From an uncultured delta proteobacterium (GTDB lineage: Bacteria > Desulfobacterota > Binatia > Binatales > Binataceae), in contig CAWJET010000001.1 in assembly GCA_963842085.1 (NCBI GenBank), positions 1,225,565 through 1,289,564 on the forward strand: DNA of 64,000 nt, written 5' to 3'. This document shows positions 37,388 to 48,029 of this stretch, piece by piece (position 1 is the first letter of the stretch; the number at the start of each line of letters is the position of its first letter). The position numbers and the translations under genes are program-made. A model generated the notes under the pieces. That model made no database searches and was not told the DNA's origin. It saw nothing but the letters and a program-made list of their open reading frames with translations.

Positions 37388-37627
37388 ATGGAACGCGCGA
37401 AATTGGCAAGTGGTAAGAAGATTGAACCGACCGACACCAAGCATCGGCGACTGCCAGGGAACAAGGCCGAGCGCAAGCCGAAGGCAGAGAAGCTCGTATG
37501 CCGCTACTGCGGCTCTGACGACCTGGCGCCGAGCTTCATCAAGCGACGCGATCGGCGGTGCCGAAAGTGTTTCAGCAAGCGGTACGGTTCGGCGGCGCGG
37601 GAGAAAAAGGCAAAGAGCAAAAAGTAG
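37388..37627 (+). CDS. Small basic zinc-ribbon-like protein
   Basis: 79 aa. RBS AAGGAGA. CRYCGSDD..CRKC pair of CxxC motifs. Lys/Arg-rich. Confidence 0.4.
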   Translation: MERAKLASGKKIEPTDTKHRRLPGNKAERKPKAEKLVCRYCGSDDLAPSFIKRRDRRCRKCFSKRYGSAAREKKAKSKK

Positions 37628-38032
37628 CGCCACGAGGCACGACAGGGGATCGGGCGCCCACACGCTCGGTCCCTTCTTCGCTCCGCGTAACCCTCTCGGC
37701 CGGGGCCGGTTCCAGTCTGCTACAGGAAGTCGCCTGAGAGTTCGAAACAACTGCGCTCCACCATCCAGTCTCTGGGGTCGCGGACATCTCGGAGAATCAA
37801 TCGAAATCCGCGCGTGTGCGCGCGATTCGCGATCACCCGGGGACCCGGAGAGCATCTCTTTCGGCGGGATTCGCCCGAATTGGCCAATTCCTCTCTCGGC
37901 GCGATTTGTCTAGCAGGCTGCGGAAAAAGTTCGATTAGTTAGGAATTTGTCCACTCGGGTTAGTTGTAAGTGTTGCTGAGCGAACATCTAAAGGGCTGCG
38001 GAGTAGAGGACCGACAGGTTCAGGTGTTTGCT

Positions 38033-38578
38033 TCAGGTGGCGATTGGCAAGAGGTTGCGCATCCTCACCAAGTTGTAGGCGGCGGCCGCGAAGGTAAACA
38101 CCCAACCGACCCGGGCGGCACCCCGATGCCGGGTTTTGCGCAAGCCGCCGATGGTCTTGATCCAACCGAAGATCTCTTCCACCCGTTTGCGCTTGATCTG
38201 ACTGATGGCGTAACCGGGATGGCGAGTGGTGCGGCGGTCGATGGCGCTGTGCATTTTGCGCGCGATGTGCGGAGTGACCTGATACGCGCGCAACTCGCGC
38301 ACCAATTCCTTGCGGTCGTAACCCTTATCGGCGCCCAGTGTGACTCGATGCTGGCCCACGATCTGTGCCGCCATCGCGAGGGCCGCCTCGGGTTCGGCGC
38401 TGCCGCTGGCCTGAGTCAGCCGGGTGTTGACCACCAAGCCGTGGCGATTGTCCATCTGCACGTGGCCGGCGTAACAGAGCTTGGCCTCTTTGCCCGACCC
38501 TTTGCGGGCCAGCCGTGCCTGGGGATCGGTGGTCGATTGGTGCGTGGCGTTGGTGCGGCGCTCACCATGGAAGTCCAC
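38033..38578 (-). pseudogene. IS5-family transposase C-terminal DDE part (frameshifted relative to N-part)
   Basis: DFHGERRTNATHQSTTDPQARLARKG..GHVQMDNRHGLVV.. No obvious slippery heptamer, so either a frameshift mutation or programmed frameshifting. Confidence 0.75.
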
Positions 38579-38582
38579 GCTC

Positions 38583-39117
38583 GGGTTACCGGATCATCGG
38601 GCGGGATTTGCTCGTCCTCTCCTTCGCGCTTGAAACTCTTGTGTCCGGCCCAGGCTTCGATCAGCGTGCCGTCCACCGTGAAATGCTCGTTGGAGAGCAG
38701 GTCTTGGGCACGCGCCTGCTCGAGCACCGCGTTGAAAAAGCCCTGCGCTACCTCGCCCACCAGCAAACGCTCGCGGTTCTTGGTGAAAACGGTCACGTCC
38801 CATACCGGGTCGTCGATGTTGAGCCCCACAAACCAACGAAACAGGAAGTTGTAATCGAGCTGCTCCATCAAAAGTCGCTCGCTGCGCACCGTGTAGAGCA
38901 CCTGCAAGAGCAGCGCGCGCAGCAGCTTTTCCGGCGCGATCGACGGCCGCCCGCTGTTCGTGTACACCGCGTCGAAGCGCCACGACGACTCCTTAAGCGC
39001 GGCGTCCACCATTACCCGGATCGCTCGCAACGGATGATCCTTGGGTACTCGCCGCTCCGCCGATATGTAACTGAACATTCCGCTCTGCTGATGGTCCACC
39101 CCACGCATCACCGTCAC
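38583..39117 (-). pseudogene. IS5-family transposase N-terminal part (DUF772/InsH_N)
   Basis: MFSYISAERRVPKDHPLRAIR.. typical IS5 N-domain. Frame ends near 38583. Confidence 0.75.
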
Positions 39118-39430
39118 CTCCTCTTACAACCTCTTCCTACTCCACTATATCCGATCGAGCGGAAAACTCCTCGTTTTTCCGCAGCCTGCTAGTATCCTGT
39201 CCCGCAAATAACTTTATGTCGTCGGCGCCATTTGTCCGCGAAAGTGCGTCAGAAAATCATCGGTACAAGTAAACTTATTAATGGGACATGACACTAGGTC
39301 CGGGGATCGTCGCTTTAGATTCGCCTTTGGGGTTTCCGCCGACGAGATGGCGCATGGTCGCCGCGAGAGGCGTAGTCGCCCACGGATCGCTTCCAGCGAT
39401 CACGGACATTGGCACTAACCTGCGGCCTAT

Positions 39431-39670
39431 ATGGCCGGCCTCGAGCGCGTACTGCGTGCGCTGGGGAATCGCGGCTACGGCGACGCGCACCTGGAGGCGG
39501 GAATTCTCGGCGGCCGGGCCTGTCTTGCGGCGTATTCGCTCGGCCGCGGTGGGACGGGACTCACGTTCTATGACGACGACACGACTAAATTCTTTGAAGC
39601 TCACGCTGCCGGCAAGAGCCCGCTGCTGATGGTGGCGGTGGGTGTCCCACGCTCGCGCACATTGTCATAA
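39431..39670 (+). pseudogene. C-terminal fragment of an unidentified gene, apparently truncated by the IS5 insertion
   Basis: 79 aa ORF; upstream reading frames are nonsense. Confidence 0.2.
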
Positions 39671-39706
39671 GGCTCTCGTGCAGAATTAGATCGACCGCCT
39701 TTTCGG

Positions 39707-40819
39707 ATGGCGTGGCTTTTGCTTCCCTCACTCGGAAGTATGAGGGTTCCCGGTTTTAATCAGTTCGATCTCGACATCGCGCGCGCCCGTATCGTGCTCT
39801 CGATACTGGCGATGATTTCCTTGTATGTCGACCCGAGCGCCGCCGGCGGGTTATTTCATCTGACGCCGGTCGTCCTCGGTATATTGCTTTGTCACTTCGC
39901 CTACAGTTCCGGGGTCTATGCCGCGAGCCGAAAGGGGATGGGGGCGCGCTCGCTCCCGTTTATCACGATCGTACTGGATATCTTCTTTGCGAGCGCGATT
40001 GCGTTTCTGACCGAAGGACAGACCGGGCCGTCGTACGTTTTTTTGGTGTTCGCGATTATCGCAGTGGGGATGCGCGCCGGGCTGGCGGTCACAATGCGCG
40101 TAACGCTGGGCGCTGTCGCGCTTTACCTCATCGTGGTTGCGATCTCCACGGGTCTCAGCGGCATCTACGTGATGCGCGCTGTTTACCTTGCGATCGCAGG
40201 TTATCTGATTGGATTCTTCGGCCAGCAGCGCGCGCATTACGAGGAACGGCTGCGCGAGCTGGAGGCGCAGGCCGCGCGCCATTCGATCGCGCGCTCGCTC
40301 CACGACAGTTACGTGCAATCGCTGGCGGGCGTGGACTTGCGGCTGCAGACCTGCCGCGAATTGATCCGGCGCGGGCGATCCGATGACGCGGCTAACGAGC
40401 TGCTCGGCCTTCAGACAGGCGTCGAACGCGAATACGCTGAAGTTCGTAAATATATTCGCACGTTGGCAGGAATAGAGGCGACGCCTACGCCGGCTGCGAT
40501 CGAGGCAGCCGATCCGATGGTGACGTTAAAACTCGCGATTGACGCGCGCAGTCCGCTGGCTGAGCGGATCCTGAAGATCGCACTCGAGGGGTTGGCCAAC
40601 GCACGAAAGCATTCGCACGCAACAGCGGTTGAAATAACAGCAACGCAAAGTGCTGACGGGGTAGCGATCACGATCGGCGACGACGGAGTGGGATTTCCCA
40701 AGCCGGCCGATCCGCCGTGGACGATCGCTTCACATGTAGCCGAGTCCGGCGGTCGGCTTAACATCCGTGGCAACGGTTCGACCCGTCTCGAAATCGCAAT
40801 TCCGAACGCCGGAAATTGA
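39707..40819 (+). CDS. Membrane sensor histidine kinase, NarX/UhpB type (HisKA_3)
   Basis: 370 aa. ~5 N-terminal TM helices. H-box ARSLHDSYVQSLAG. HATPase_c. Confidence 0.8.
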   Translation: MAWLLLPSLGSMRVPGFNQFDLDIARARIVLSILAMISLYVDPSAAGGLFHLTPVVLGILLCHFAYSSGVYAASRKGMGARSLPFITIVLDIFFASAIAFLTEGQTGPSYVFLVFAIIAVGMRAGLAVTMRVTLGAVALYLIVVAISTGLSGIYVMRAVYLAIAGYLIGFFGQQRAHYEERLRELEAQAARHSIARSLHDSYVQSLAGVDLRLQTCRELIRRGRSDDAANELLGLQTGVEREYAEVRKYIRTLAGIEATPTPAAIEAADPMVTLKLAIDARSPLAERILKIALEGLANARKHSHATAVEITATQSADGVAITIGDDGVGFPKPADPPWTIASHVAESGGRLNIRGNGSTRLEIAIPNAGN

Positions 40820-41451
40820 GCATGTCAATTCGTCTGATCCTCGCTGACGACCACGCGCTGTTCCGTCAAGGGCTATCGGCGCTGCTCAGGCTCGAGCCGG
40901 ATTTCGAGGTCGTCGCCGAAGTGGAGCGTCTCTCCGATCTGGATCTGGTGATGTCCGCGACTCCGTGCGACATGCTGCTGCTCGATTTGCAGATGGAACG
41001 ATGGTCGATGGAAGAGATCCCGCGGCTTGCGAAGATGGCGTCGGTTATCGTCCTGACCGCAACTGAGAGCCCTGAGAGCGGGATCACGGCGATTCGTCTT
41101 GGCGCGCGCGCGATCGTGCAAAAGCATTTTGCGATCGAATACCTGGTCACTGCGATCCGCGCGGTGGCTGAGGGCCACGTGTGGATGCCGCCGGCGATTC
41201 AGGCTGCAATTGTGCGGCAAGGGATTGTGAGTGGGAAGCGCCTGACGTCGCGCGAATCGGAGATCGTGCGCTTCGTGGCCATGGGGATGCGCAATTCTGA
41301 AGTGGCGCAGCGGCTCGAGGTCAGCGAAAACACCGTCAAGACGCATCTCTCGAATATCTTTGAGAAGCTCAAGATTCGCGATCGCCAGGAGCTCACGCAC
41401 TACGCCATCAGAACGGGACTTATCACGGTTCAGAATCCCGGCGGCGACTGA
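40816..41451 (+). CDS. Response regulator, NarL/LuxR family
   Basis: 211 aa. REC + LuxR HTH (..SRESEIVRFVAMGMRNSEVAQRLEVSENTVKTHLSNIF..). Start overlaps the kinase stop. Confidence 0.85.
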   Translation: MSMSIRLILADDHALFRQGLSALLRLEPDFEVVAEVERLSDLDLVMSATPCDMLLLDLQMERWSMEEIPRLAKMASVIVLTATESPESGITAIRLGARAIVQKHFAIEYLVTAIRAVAEGHVWMPPAIQAAIVRQGIVSGKRLTSRESEIVRFVAMGMRNSEVAQRLEVSENTVKTHLSNIFEKLKIRDRQELTHYAIRTGLITVQNPGGD

Positions 41452-41672
41452 AAATCGTCTCTGCAACTCCGGGCCGTGACTACTTAGCGCCTTCGAAATA
41501 ACAGGCACCTGCCCCTTCGCTAGGCAGTTCTACCTAAACGACTCGCAATTCAGCTGATCGTTTATTATCTCGCGATTTAGAATCGAGCTGACACTTTCGG
41601 GTGATCTTCGGATCATCCCCTATGAGTAGGCCATCTGCTCTCACAGTCTGACTTTTGCGATCTCAAAGTGGC

Positions 41673-41687
41673 GGCATGGCCGTTGCT
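41673..41687 (+). promoter_or_regulatory. Candidate sigma-54 (-24/-12) promoter
   Basis: GGCATGGCCGTTGCT fits GG-N10-GC / TTGCW, ~90 bp upstream of the small-membrane-protein/amt/glnK gene set. Confidence 0.35.
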
Positions 41688-41769
41688 CTAGCGGCCCCTG
41701 TAGTCGCCGCTCTCTCGCTCAGAAAAGAAAACATGGCAGAACCAAAAGAACAGAGGAGAACTTTGCTCG

Positions 41770-41997
41770 ATGGGTGCGAATAGTCAACAAGGTTGGGCGC
41801 TTCTTTTGTTCCTCATCGGCTTCACATTCTTGCCGGCGGGTCTTTTCGCGCTGGGGCCAATCTTTGTGATCGCAGGCTTGGTATGCCTAATCGCATCGTT
41901 CGCCTGGTTTATGAGGATTAAGCCGCTCGAGCATCTGGAAAGCGGGAATAGTCCGGCGCAAGAGACTAATCCCGACCGAAAAGCCACTGCGGCCTAA
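41770..41997 (+). CDS. Small membrane protein
   Basis: 75 aa, two TM helices. Confidence 0.4.
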   Translation: MGANSQQGWALLLFLIGFTFLPAGLFALGPIFVIAGLVCLIASFAWFMRIKPLEHLESGNSPAQETNPDRKATAA

Positions 41998-42025
41998 ATC
42001 TAGAGAAGACGATCGGAGGGAAACA

Positions 42026-42205
42026 ATGAGGATTCTAGGTCTGCTGGTATGCGTTCTAGGCTGGTTCATAGCCGTCTTGAGCGTGAAGGTTCCCGGAGTA
42101 TACGCGCAGTTACTGGTCGCGGTCGTGGGATTCATCATCGCTGCCTTGGGTTCAATGGCGATCGTCAACCGCTATCACCTGCAAAAGGCTAATTGGAAAG
42201 AATGA
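42026..42205 (+). CDS. Small membrane protein (59 aa)
   Basis: Strong RBS GGAGGG. Two hydrophobic helices. Below the ORF-track cutoff. Confidence 0.4.
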   Translation: MRILGLLVCVLGWFIAVLSVKVPGVYAQLLVAVVGFIIAALGSMAIVNRYHLQKANWKE

Positions 42206-42219
42206 GGGGAAAGCACTCG

Positions 42220-43932
42220 ATGCTCATAAGAATCAATCGCTCACGCTATCGGCTCACCAGGCTTATCGTTCTGCTCTTGAGCGTTGCATGGCTTCTACCT
42301 ACGACGCTCGTTCTGGCGCAAGCACCAGCCGCGTCGCCGTCGGCAGCCGCTTCGCCGGCTCCGCCGCCATCCGTGCCTCTCAGTACAGGCGACATCAGAT
42401 CGATCAGCGGCCCTTCCGCCGCAGATTTGGCGAAGGGAGATCCGAGCGGAACTCTTACGGGTACGGTGAATGATGTCCCGGTCAGCGATACGAAGGCCGG
42501 TCTCACAATCGCCAACGTAGTTAACCAGGTGGGGCAGAATCGCATAGCGGCCAACTTCATTTGGACGCTGGTGACCGGTTATCTGGTCATGTTCATGCAG
42601 GCTGGCTTCGCCGCGGTTGAAACCGGACTCTGCCGCGCGAAAAACGCGAACCACACCTTCATGATGAACTTCATGGTGTACGGCTGGGGACTGTTCGCGT
42701 ACTGGGTAATGGGATTCGCGCTGCAGCAGGGAGGATGCGCTCCTGTCAGCACCTTAGGTGGCCTCAGCCCTCTCAACTCGGAATTCACGTTCAACTTTAT
42801 AGGCGGCAAGCCCTGGGGACTCTTCGGCCAGAAGGGATTCTTCCTGTCCGGTTCGGGCTACGACGTGGGCATCATGGTGATGTTCCTGTTCCAAATGGTG
42901 TTCATGGACACCGCTGCGACGATAGTCACCGGCGCCGCCGCCGAGCGATGGAAGTTTGCCGCCTTCTCAATGTCGAGCGTGTTTCTCGCCGCCATTACTT
43001 ACCCGCTTTACGCGAACTGGGCATGGGGTGGTGGTTGGACGTCAGCGCTCGGGGCGAACTACGGGCTCGGACATGGATATTGCGATTTCGCCGGATCAGG
43101 TGTCGTGCATGCTGTGGGCGGGATTTCGGCCTTGGCTGTCTCGATGATCATCGGCCCGCGGATCGGCAAGTATCAGCGGAGTGGCAAGCCAAATCCGATG
43201 CCAGGGCACGATATGACCATGGTTCTGATCGGATGCTTCATCCTGGCGTTTGGATGGTTCGGGTTTAACCCAGGCAGCACTCTCGGTGCGTCAGCTAACG
43301 GCGATTTGCGGATAGGAACTATCGCGGTCAACACAATGCTCGCAGGATGCACGGGTTCTATCGCGTCGCTGCTCTACATGTGGATTCGCTACGGTAAGCC
43401 TGATGCATCGATGGCAGGCAACGGACTGCTGGCGGGGCTTGTCGCGATTACCGCCCCCAGTGGTTTCGTGAACACAGTGGGAGCAACGATTATCGGCTTC
43501 TTTGCCGGAATGCTCGTTTGCTTGAGCGTAGAATTCATCGAGCGCGTACTGAAGGTCGACGATCCAGTCGGTGCCATCTCAGTACATGGGACGTGCGGTC
43601 TCTGGGGTGTCATATCAGTAGGTTTGTTCGCAGATGGCACCAGCAATTACGGCGGCAGTTGGAACGGTGTCAATGGCAACGTGACTGGACTGTTCTATGG
43701 CGACCCGAGCCAGTTGGTCGCCCAGTTCATAGGGTGCGCGACCCTGATCGGGATCGTCTTTTCGCTCGCATATGTCCTCAACTGGTTCGTCGACCTCGTC
43801 GTCGGACAGAGGGTCGGAGCCCACAGCGAGCTTGAAGGTCTCGATCTGCCGGAGATGGGAGCGCTCGGTTATCCCGAGTTCCAGCTAGTTACATCAGGCC
43901 TTGGCCGTTCAATCGACGTGGCAGCCGACTAG
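42220..43932 (+). CDS. amt: Ammonium transporter (Amt family) with signal peptide and N-terminal extension
   Basis: Amt core (..AGFAAVETG.. / ..NLVDLVVGQRVG..). Start at MLIRINRS.. with RBS GAGGGG. Immediately followed by glnK. Confidence 0.85.
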   Translation: MLIRINRSRYRLTRLIVLLLSVAWLLPTTLVLAQAPAASPSAAASPAPPPSVPLSTGDIRSISGPSAADLAKGDPSGTLTGTVNDVPVSDTKAGLTIANVVNQVGQNRIAANFIWTLVTGYLVMFMQAGFAAVETGLCRAKNANHTFMMNFMVYGWGLFAYWVMGFALQQGGCAPVSTLGGLSPLNSEFTFNFIGGKPWGLFGQKGFFLSGSGYDVGIMVMFLFQMVFMDTAATIVTGAAAERWKFAAFSMSSVFLAAITYPLYANWAWGGGWTSALGANYGLGHGYCDFAGSGVVHAVGGISALAVSMIIGPRIGKYQRSGKPNPMPGHDMTMVLIGCFILAFGWFGFNPGSTLGASANGDLRIGTIAVNTMLAGCTGSIASLLYMWIRYGKPDASMAGNGLLAGLVAITAPSGFVNTVGATIIGFFAGMLVCLSVEFIERVLKVDDPVGAISVHGTCGLWGVISVGLFADGTSNYGGSWNGVNGNVTGLFYGDPSQLVAQFIGCATLIGIVFSLAYVLNWFVDLVVGQRVGAHSELEGLDLPEMGALGYPEFQLVTSGLGRSIDVAAD

Positions 43933-43948
43933 GTCAAAAGGAGAACTT

Positions 43949-44041
43949 ATGGCAGCTCAAATTGCATTCGCGGTGATCATGCTCGCGGTATTCGTAGGAT
44001 GGATGTTTATCAAACCCGGCAAGAGCATCTTCGATAAGTAG
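43949..44041 (+). CDS. Small hydrophobic peptide (30 aa)
   Basis: MAAQIAFAVIMLAVFVGWMFIKPGKSIFDK. Strong RBS AAAGGAGAA, 17 bp after the amt stop. Confidence 0.35.
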   Translation: MAAQIAFAVIMLAVFVGWMFIKPGKSIFDK

Positions 44042-44050
44042 AAAACTCCG

Positions 44051-44548
44051 GTGGAATTGAATACGACAGCTATGCAGGAAGAGCTAACAGATCCGATGGC
44101 TGGAAAGCGCCCGACGCCCATAGTTCGCGACGCTCACGCGTTGCTGCTGCGAGGGATTGACGCCTTGGAGCGCAATCATATCGAAGAGGCTATCGCCCTG
44201 CTGCGCCAGGCGGTCCAACTCGATGCCGAGTCTTTCCACAGCCAGCTCGCGCTCGGCATCGCGCTCACCAAGGGTCTCGAGATTCCAGCTGCCGAAGCCG
44301 CCCTGGAGGCGGCGATAAGTCTCGAACCTCGAAGCTTCTGGGCCCACTTTCGAATGGGCGAACTGTTCCAGCGCGTCGGGGTTCCAGGAAAAGCAAAAGA
44401 GGAATTCCAGACTGCGCTGGACCTGGCGCAGACCAGCGAGGAAAAGAAGATCGCCCGAGACCGCCTGGAAAGTGAACAGAAACGCGACCCAGTACGCGCG
44501 TGGCGGCCAGACTTCGCCGGCTTGTTGCGTAGAAAGAAGCGGAAGTGA
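44051..44548 (+). CDS. TPR-repeat protein
   Basis: 165 aa, TPR-like helices. Confidence 0.55.
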   Translation: MELNTTAMQEELTDPMAGKRPTPIVRDAHALLLRGIDALERNHIEEAIALLRQAVQLDAESFHSQLALGIALTKGLEIPAAEAALEAAISLEPRSFWAHFRMGELFQRVGVPGKAKEEFQTALDLAQTSEEKKIARDRLESEQKRDPVRAWRPDFAGLLRRKKRK

Positions 44549-45092
<544 letters not shown>

Positions 45093-45125
45093 GTCTCGGT
45101 TCGTCCATTTTGAGCCGGTCTGCCG

Positions 45126-46136
45126 ATGGTCTATGGCTTAGGAGTAACGCTAGTCGTCGTCTTGTTGGGCCCGGTGATGTTCGAGCCGATCGGACAGAAC
45201 ATCGAGATGTTCTTTCTAGTCGTCGGCGCCTTTGCTTCCGCTATCAGTGGGCAATGGGGACACGATCTGCTTCACGCAGCACTCACCGAACCGATCGCCT
45301 TGACGATCGCGGTTCTGGTCTTTGGCGTGGTCATGCGCGTGACGCGACCTTGGCTCGACCAGGGGGTGAAACGACTGGTGCAGGTCGTCGATCCGCGATG
45401 GATCTATTTCGCTTTGATCATAGTTTTGGGACTGCTTTCGAGCGTCATCACTGCGGTAATCGCGGCCCTGGTCTTGGTCGAAGCGATTGCTTTGCTGAAG
45501 CTTGATCGCCGCAGCGAGATAGCAGCCGTCGTGCTGGCTTGCTTTGCGATCGGCTTGGGCGCCGCACTTACCCCGGTCGGCGAACCTCTCGGCACGATAG
45601 CGATCGCGGCGCTGAAGACGGACTTCTGGTACCTCGCGCGACTTTTGGGGCCAATGGTCGTTACCGGCATCGCGATCGTTGGAATTTTCAGTCTGTTCCT
45701 GCCGGCGAAGTACGGACACTCACTGAAAGCTGACGCCCACACGGAGAATTGGTCCGAGATTTTCTTTCGCGCAGGGAAAGTTTATCTGTTTGTCGCGGGA
45801 CTGGTTGGACTTTCGTGGGGACTGCGCCCGCTCGTCGACGCCTACATCAGCCACTTGCCGCAGGGTGTATTGTTTTGGCTGAACTCGATTTCAGCGGTCG
45901 TCGACAACGCCACGCTCACTGCCGCCGAGATTGGCCCCTCGCTGTCGACCGCGCAGCAGCGCGGTGTGCTGATGGGTCTCTTGATCAGCGGTGGCATGCT
46001 TATTCCTGGCAACATTCCCAACATCGTAGCAGCCGGGCGTTTGGGAATTTCGAGCCGCGAATGGGCTCGTGTTGGATTGGTAGCCGGGGTTCCACTAATG
46101 GCGCTCTGCTTCGCCGCTCTCTATTTGATGGCATGA
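45126..46136 (+). CDS. DUF1646-like polytopic membrane protein (putative cation/solute transporter)
   Basis: 336 aa, ~10 TM helices. Confidence 0.6.
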   Translation: MVYGLGVTLVVVLLGPVMFEPIGQNIEMFFLVVGAFASAISGQWGHDLLHAALTEPIALTIAVLVFGVVMRVTRPWLDQGVKRLVQVVDPRWIYFALIIVLGLLSSVITAVIAALVLVEAIALLKLDRRSEIAAVVLACFAIGLGAALTPVGEPLGTIAIAALKTDFWYLARLLGPMVVTGIAIVGIFSLFLPAKYGHSLKADAHTENWSEIFFRAGKVYLFVAGLVGLSWGLRPLVDAYISHLPQGVLFWLNSISAVVDNATLTAAEIGPSLSTAQQRGVLMGLLISGGMLIPGNIPNIVAAGRLGISSREWARVGLVAGVPLMALCFAALYLMA

Positions 46137-47215
46137 GTCAAAGGCAACATCTTCACGATCCTAGAATATCCAGGCGGAGAATTTATCTCCGGGGCCTCGT
46201 CGGACCTCATGAAAGCGACGAGGGGGAGACTGCGATTGAAACCCTGATGCCATCCCAGACCCGCCCGACGACAACTGGTGCGAAAGACGACGAGCTTCTC
46301 CTTGAGAGCCACAGCCTCCCAATGACTGAGTTTATCGAGGCAGGGCATCGAGCCGCCTTCGCCAACGCAACCGTTCTACTGACCGGCGACAGCGGCACCG
46401 GGAAAAGCGCCTTCGCGCGCCAGATACATAGATGGAGTCGGCGAAGCGAGGCGCCATTTTTAAGCGTCGACTGTGCAGCGATATCCGAGCACATTCGCGA
46501 GAGCGATCCCTTCGAGGATTTAAGGAACTCGCTGGCGGCTTTGCCCGCTGAACGCGACGGCGAAAGCGACGTTTCGGACTCCGCTACCCTGCTTTTGGAC
46601 AATCTCGTGGATCTCCCGCATGCCGCTCAGGCCAGGCTTTTGCAGTTCGTCGAAGGGCGGCAATCTAGCCCGCATCTGCCCTCTTCGCGGTTGAGAGTAA
46701 GGATCGTTGCTGCTTCTAGTCGCGATCTTTCCGAAGAGGTTTCGGCCGGTCGTTTCCGCCGCGATCTCTTCTATCGGATCAACGTGATCGCGCTGAGGAT
46801 TCCCGCGCTGGCCGATCGCCGCGGAGATATTCTTCCATTAGCCGAGCACTTATTGGCGAACTTCGCACTGCAAAACCATCGGTTTGGATTGCACCTATCA
46901 GCCGAAGCTGAGGCCGCGATCGCGAGCTATCAGTGGCCTGGCAATGTCCGGGAATTGAGAAACGCCATCGAGCGCGCGGCCGTCCTATGCACCCGGGATT
47001 TGATCGGCGAACAACTTCTCCCACATGCGGTCTTGTCCGCCAAACGACTTTACTCCTTTCCGGAACCCAAACCAGTCAGTAGTCTCGAAGAGGTCGAGCG
47101 CCGGCAGATCATAGAAGTGCTCAAAGAATCCGCGACCATGGAAGAGGCTGCGGCCGCACTCGGCATCAACTCCACGACACTCTGGCGAAAGCGAAAACTT
47201 TACAATATCCACTAG
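46133..47215 (+). CDS. bEBP-like AAA+ transcriptional regulator (sigma-54 interaction domain with degenerate GAFTGA, Fis-type HTH, no receiver/sensor domain)
   Basis: Walker A GDSGTGKS, ..RFRRDLFYRINV.., ..WPGNVRELRNAIERA.., C-terminal HTH. GAFTGA region replaced by ..ESDPFEDLRNSLAALPAERDG... Start overlaps the DUF1646 stop (ATGA). Confidence 0.65.
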   Translation: MSQRQHLHDPRISRRRIYLRGLVGPHESDEGETAIETLMPSQTRPTTTGAKDDELLLESHSLPMTEFIEAGHRAAFANATVLLTGDSGTGKSAFARQIHRWSRRSEAPFLSVDCAAISEHIRESDPFEDLRNSLAALPAERDGESDVSDSATLLLDNLVDLPHAAQARLLQFVEGRQSSPHLPSSRLRVRIVAASSRDLSEEVSAGRFRRDLFYRINVIALRIPALADRRGDILPLAEHLLANFALQNHRFGLHLSAEAEAAIASYQWPGNVRELRNAIERAAVLCTRDLIGEQLLPHAVLSAKRLYSFPEPKPVSSLEEVERRQIIEVLKESATMEEAAAALGINSTTLWRKRKLYNIH

Positions 47216-47449
47216 CGTGCGTGATGCATGATTCGGGTCGCATATCCTTGGGCAATCTGGCTTCTTCTGTTTTACGAGTGCAAACGACCGATTAGGGCTG
47301 AGAGCGGATTTGCCACTTCGATCGGTTGGATTTGGATCCTTGAGTTTGCAGGATGGCAGGAGCGATAGGACCACTGCCATACATCTGATCGGAAGGGCGA
47401 AAGGCGCGGCTATGCGAAAACACCAGCAGTTCACTCTTGCCGGAGAAAG

Positions 47450-47884
47450 ATGATGAAGATGGAGCGGATTCTGGTGCCCGTCGACTTTTCTGAACATTCG
47501 CTCGCGGCACTAATGTACGCGATAGAACTAGCGCACGAGTATGAATGCGAGGTGCTCCTCGTTCACGTCGTAGAGCCGCTACCTCGCGGGACCATGCGCT
47601 GGTCTGATGACACCAGTTTACTTGAGCAGCACCGTGAGAAGGCATGCGACGAACTCAAGCGTTTCGAGCAGGAAGCAACACGGCTCTATCCAAAATGCCG
47701 TTCGGAACTCTACTTTGGCATAACTCACGACGTGATCGAGGAAGTGGTTAGCCGGTTGGAGGTTGATCTTGTAGTTATATCCATCCATGAAAAAACTCCA
47801 CTGGTCGACCTATTGACCGGCGGCACCGCTCATCATTTGCTGCGCCATGCCCGGTGCCCTGTCTTGAGGTTACTTGCTGACTGA
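47450..47884 (+). CDS. Universal stress protein (UspA family)
   Basis: ..ILVPVDFSEHS..VLLVHVVE.. Usp fold motifs. Confidence 0.8.
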   Translation: MMKMERILVPVDFSEHSLAALMYAIELAHEYECEVLLVHVVEPLPRGTMRWSDDTSLLEQHREKACDELKRFEQEATRLYPKCRSELYFGITHDVIEEVVSRLEVDLVVISIHEKTPLVDLLTGGTAHHLLRHARCPVLRLLAD

Positions 47885-48029
47885 CTACGATAAGTCTCCA
47901 GTTTTTGTATTCCACTGTTCCCTCGTGGCGATCCGCCAGACGAACGAGTGGTCCGAGCGGCATTGCTTTGCGCAACCTTTGCCAATCGCGTAGATTGCAA
48001 ATTGCAAGACGAATGGTTTCCGCACTCGA

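Larger units (their letters stand above)
37910..39192 (-). mobile_element. IS5-family insertion sequence with 19-bp terminal inverted repeats CTAGCAGGCTGCGGAAAAA
   Basis: Perfect 19-bp TIRs at both ends. CTAG at both borders (IS5-type YTAR target/TSD). Transposase split in two frames. Confidence 0.85.
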
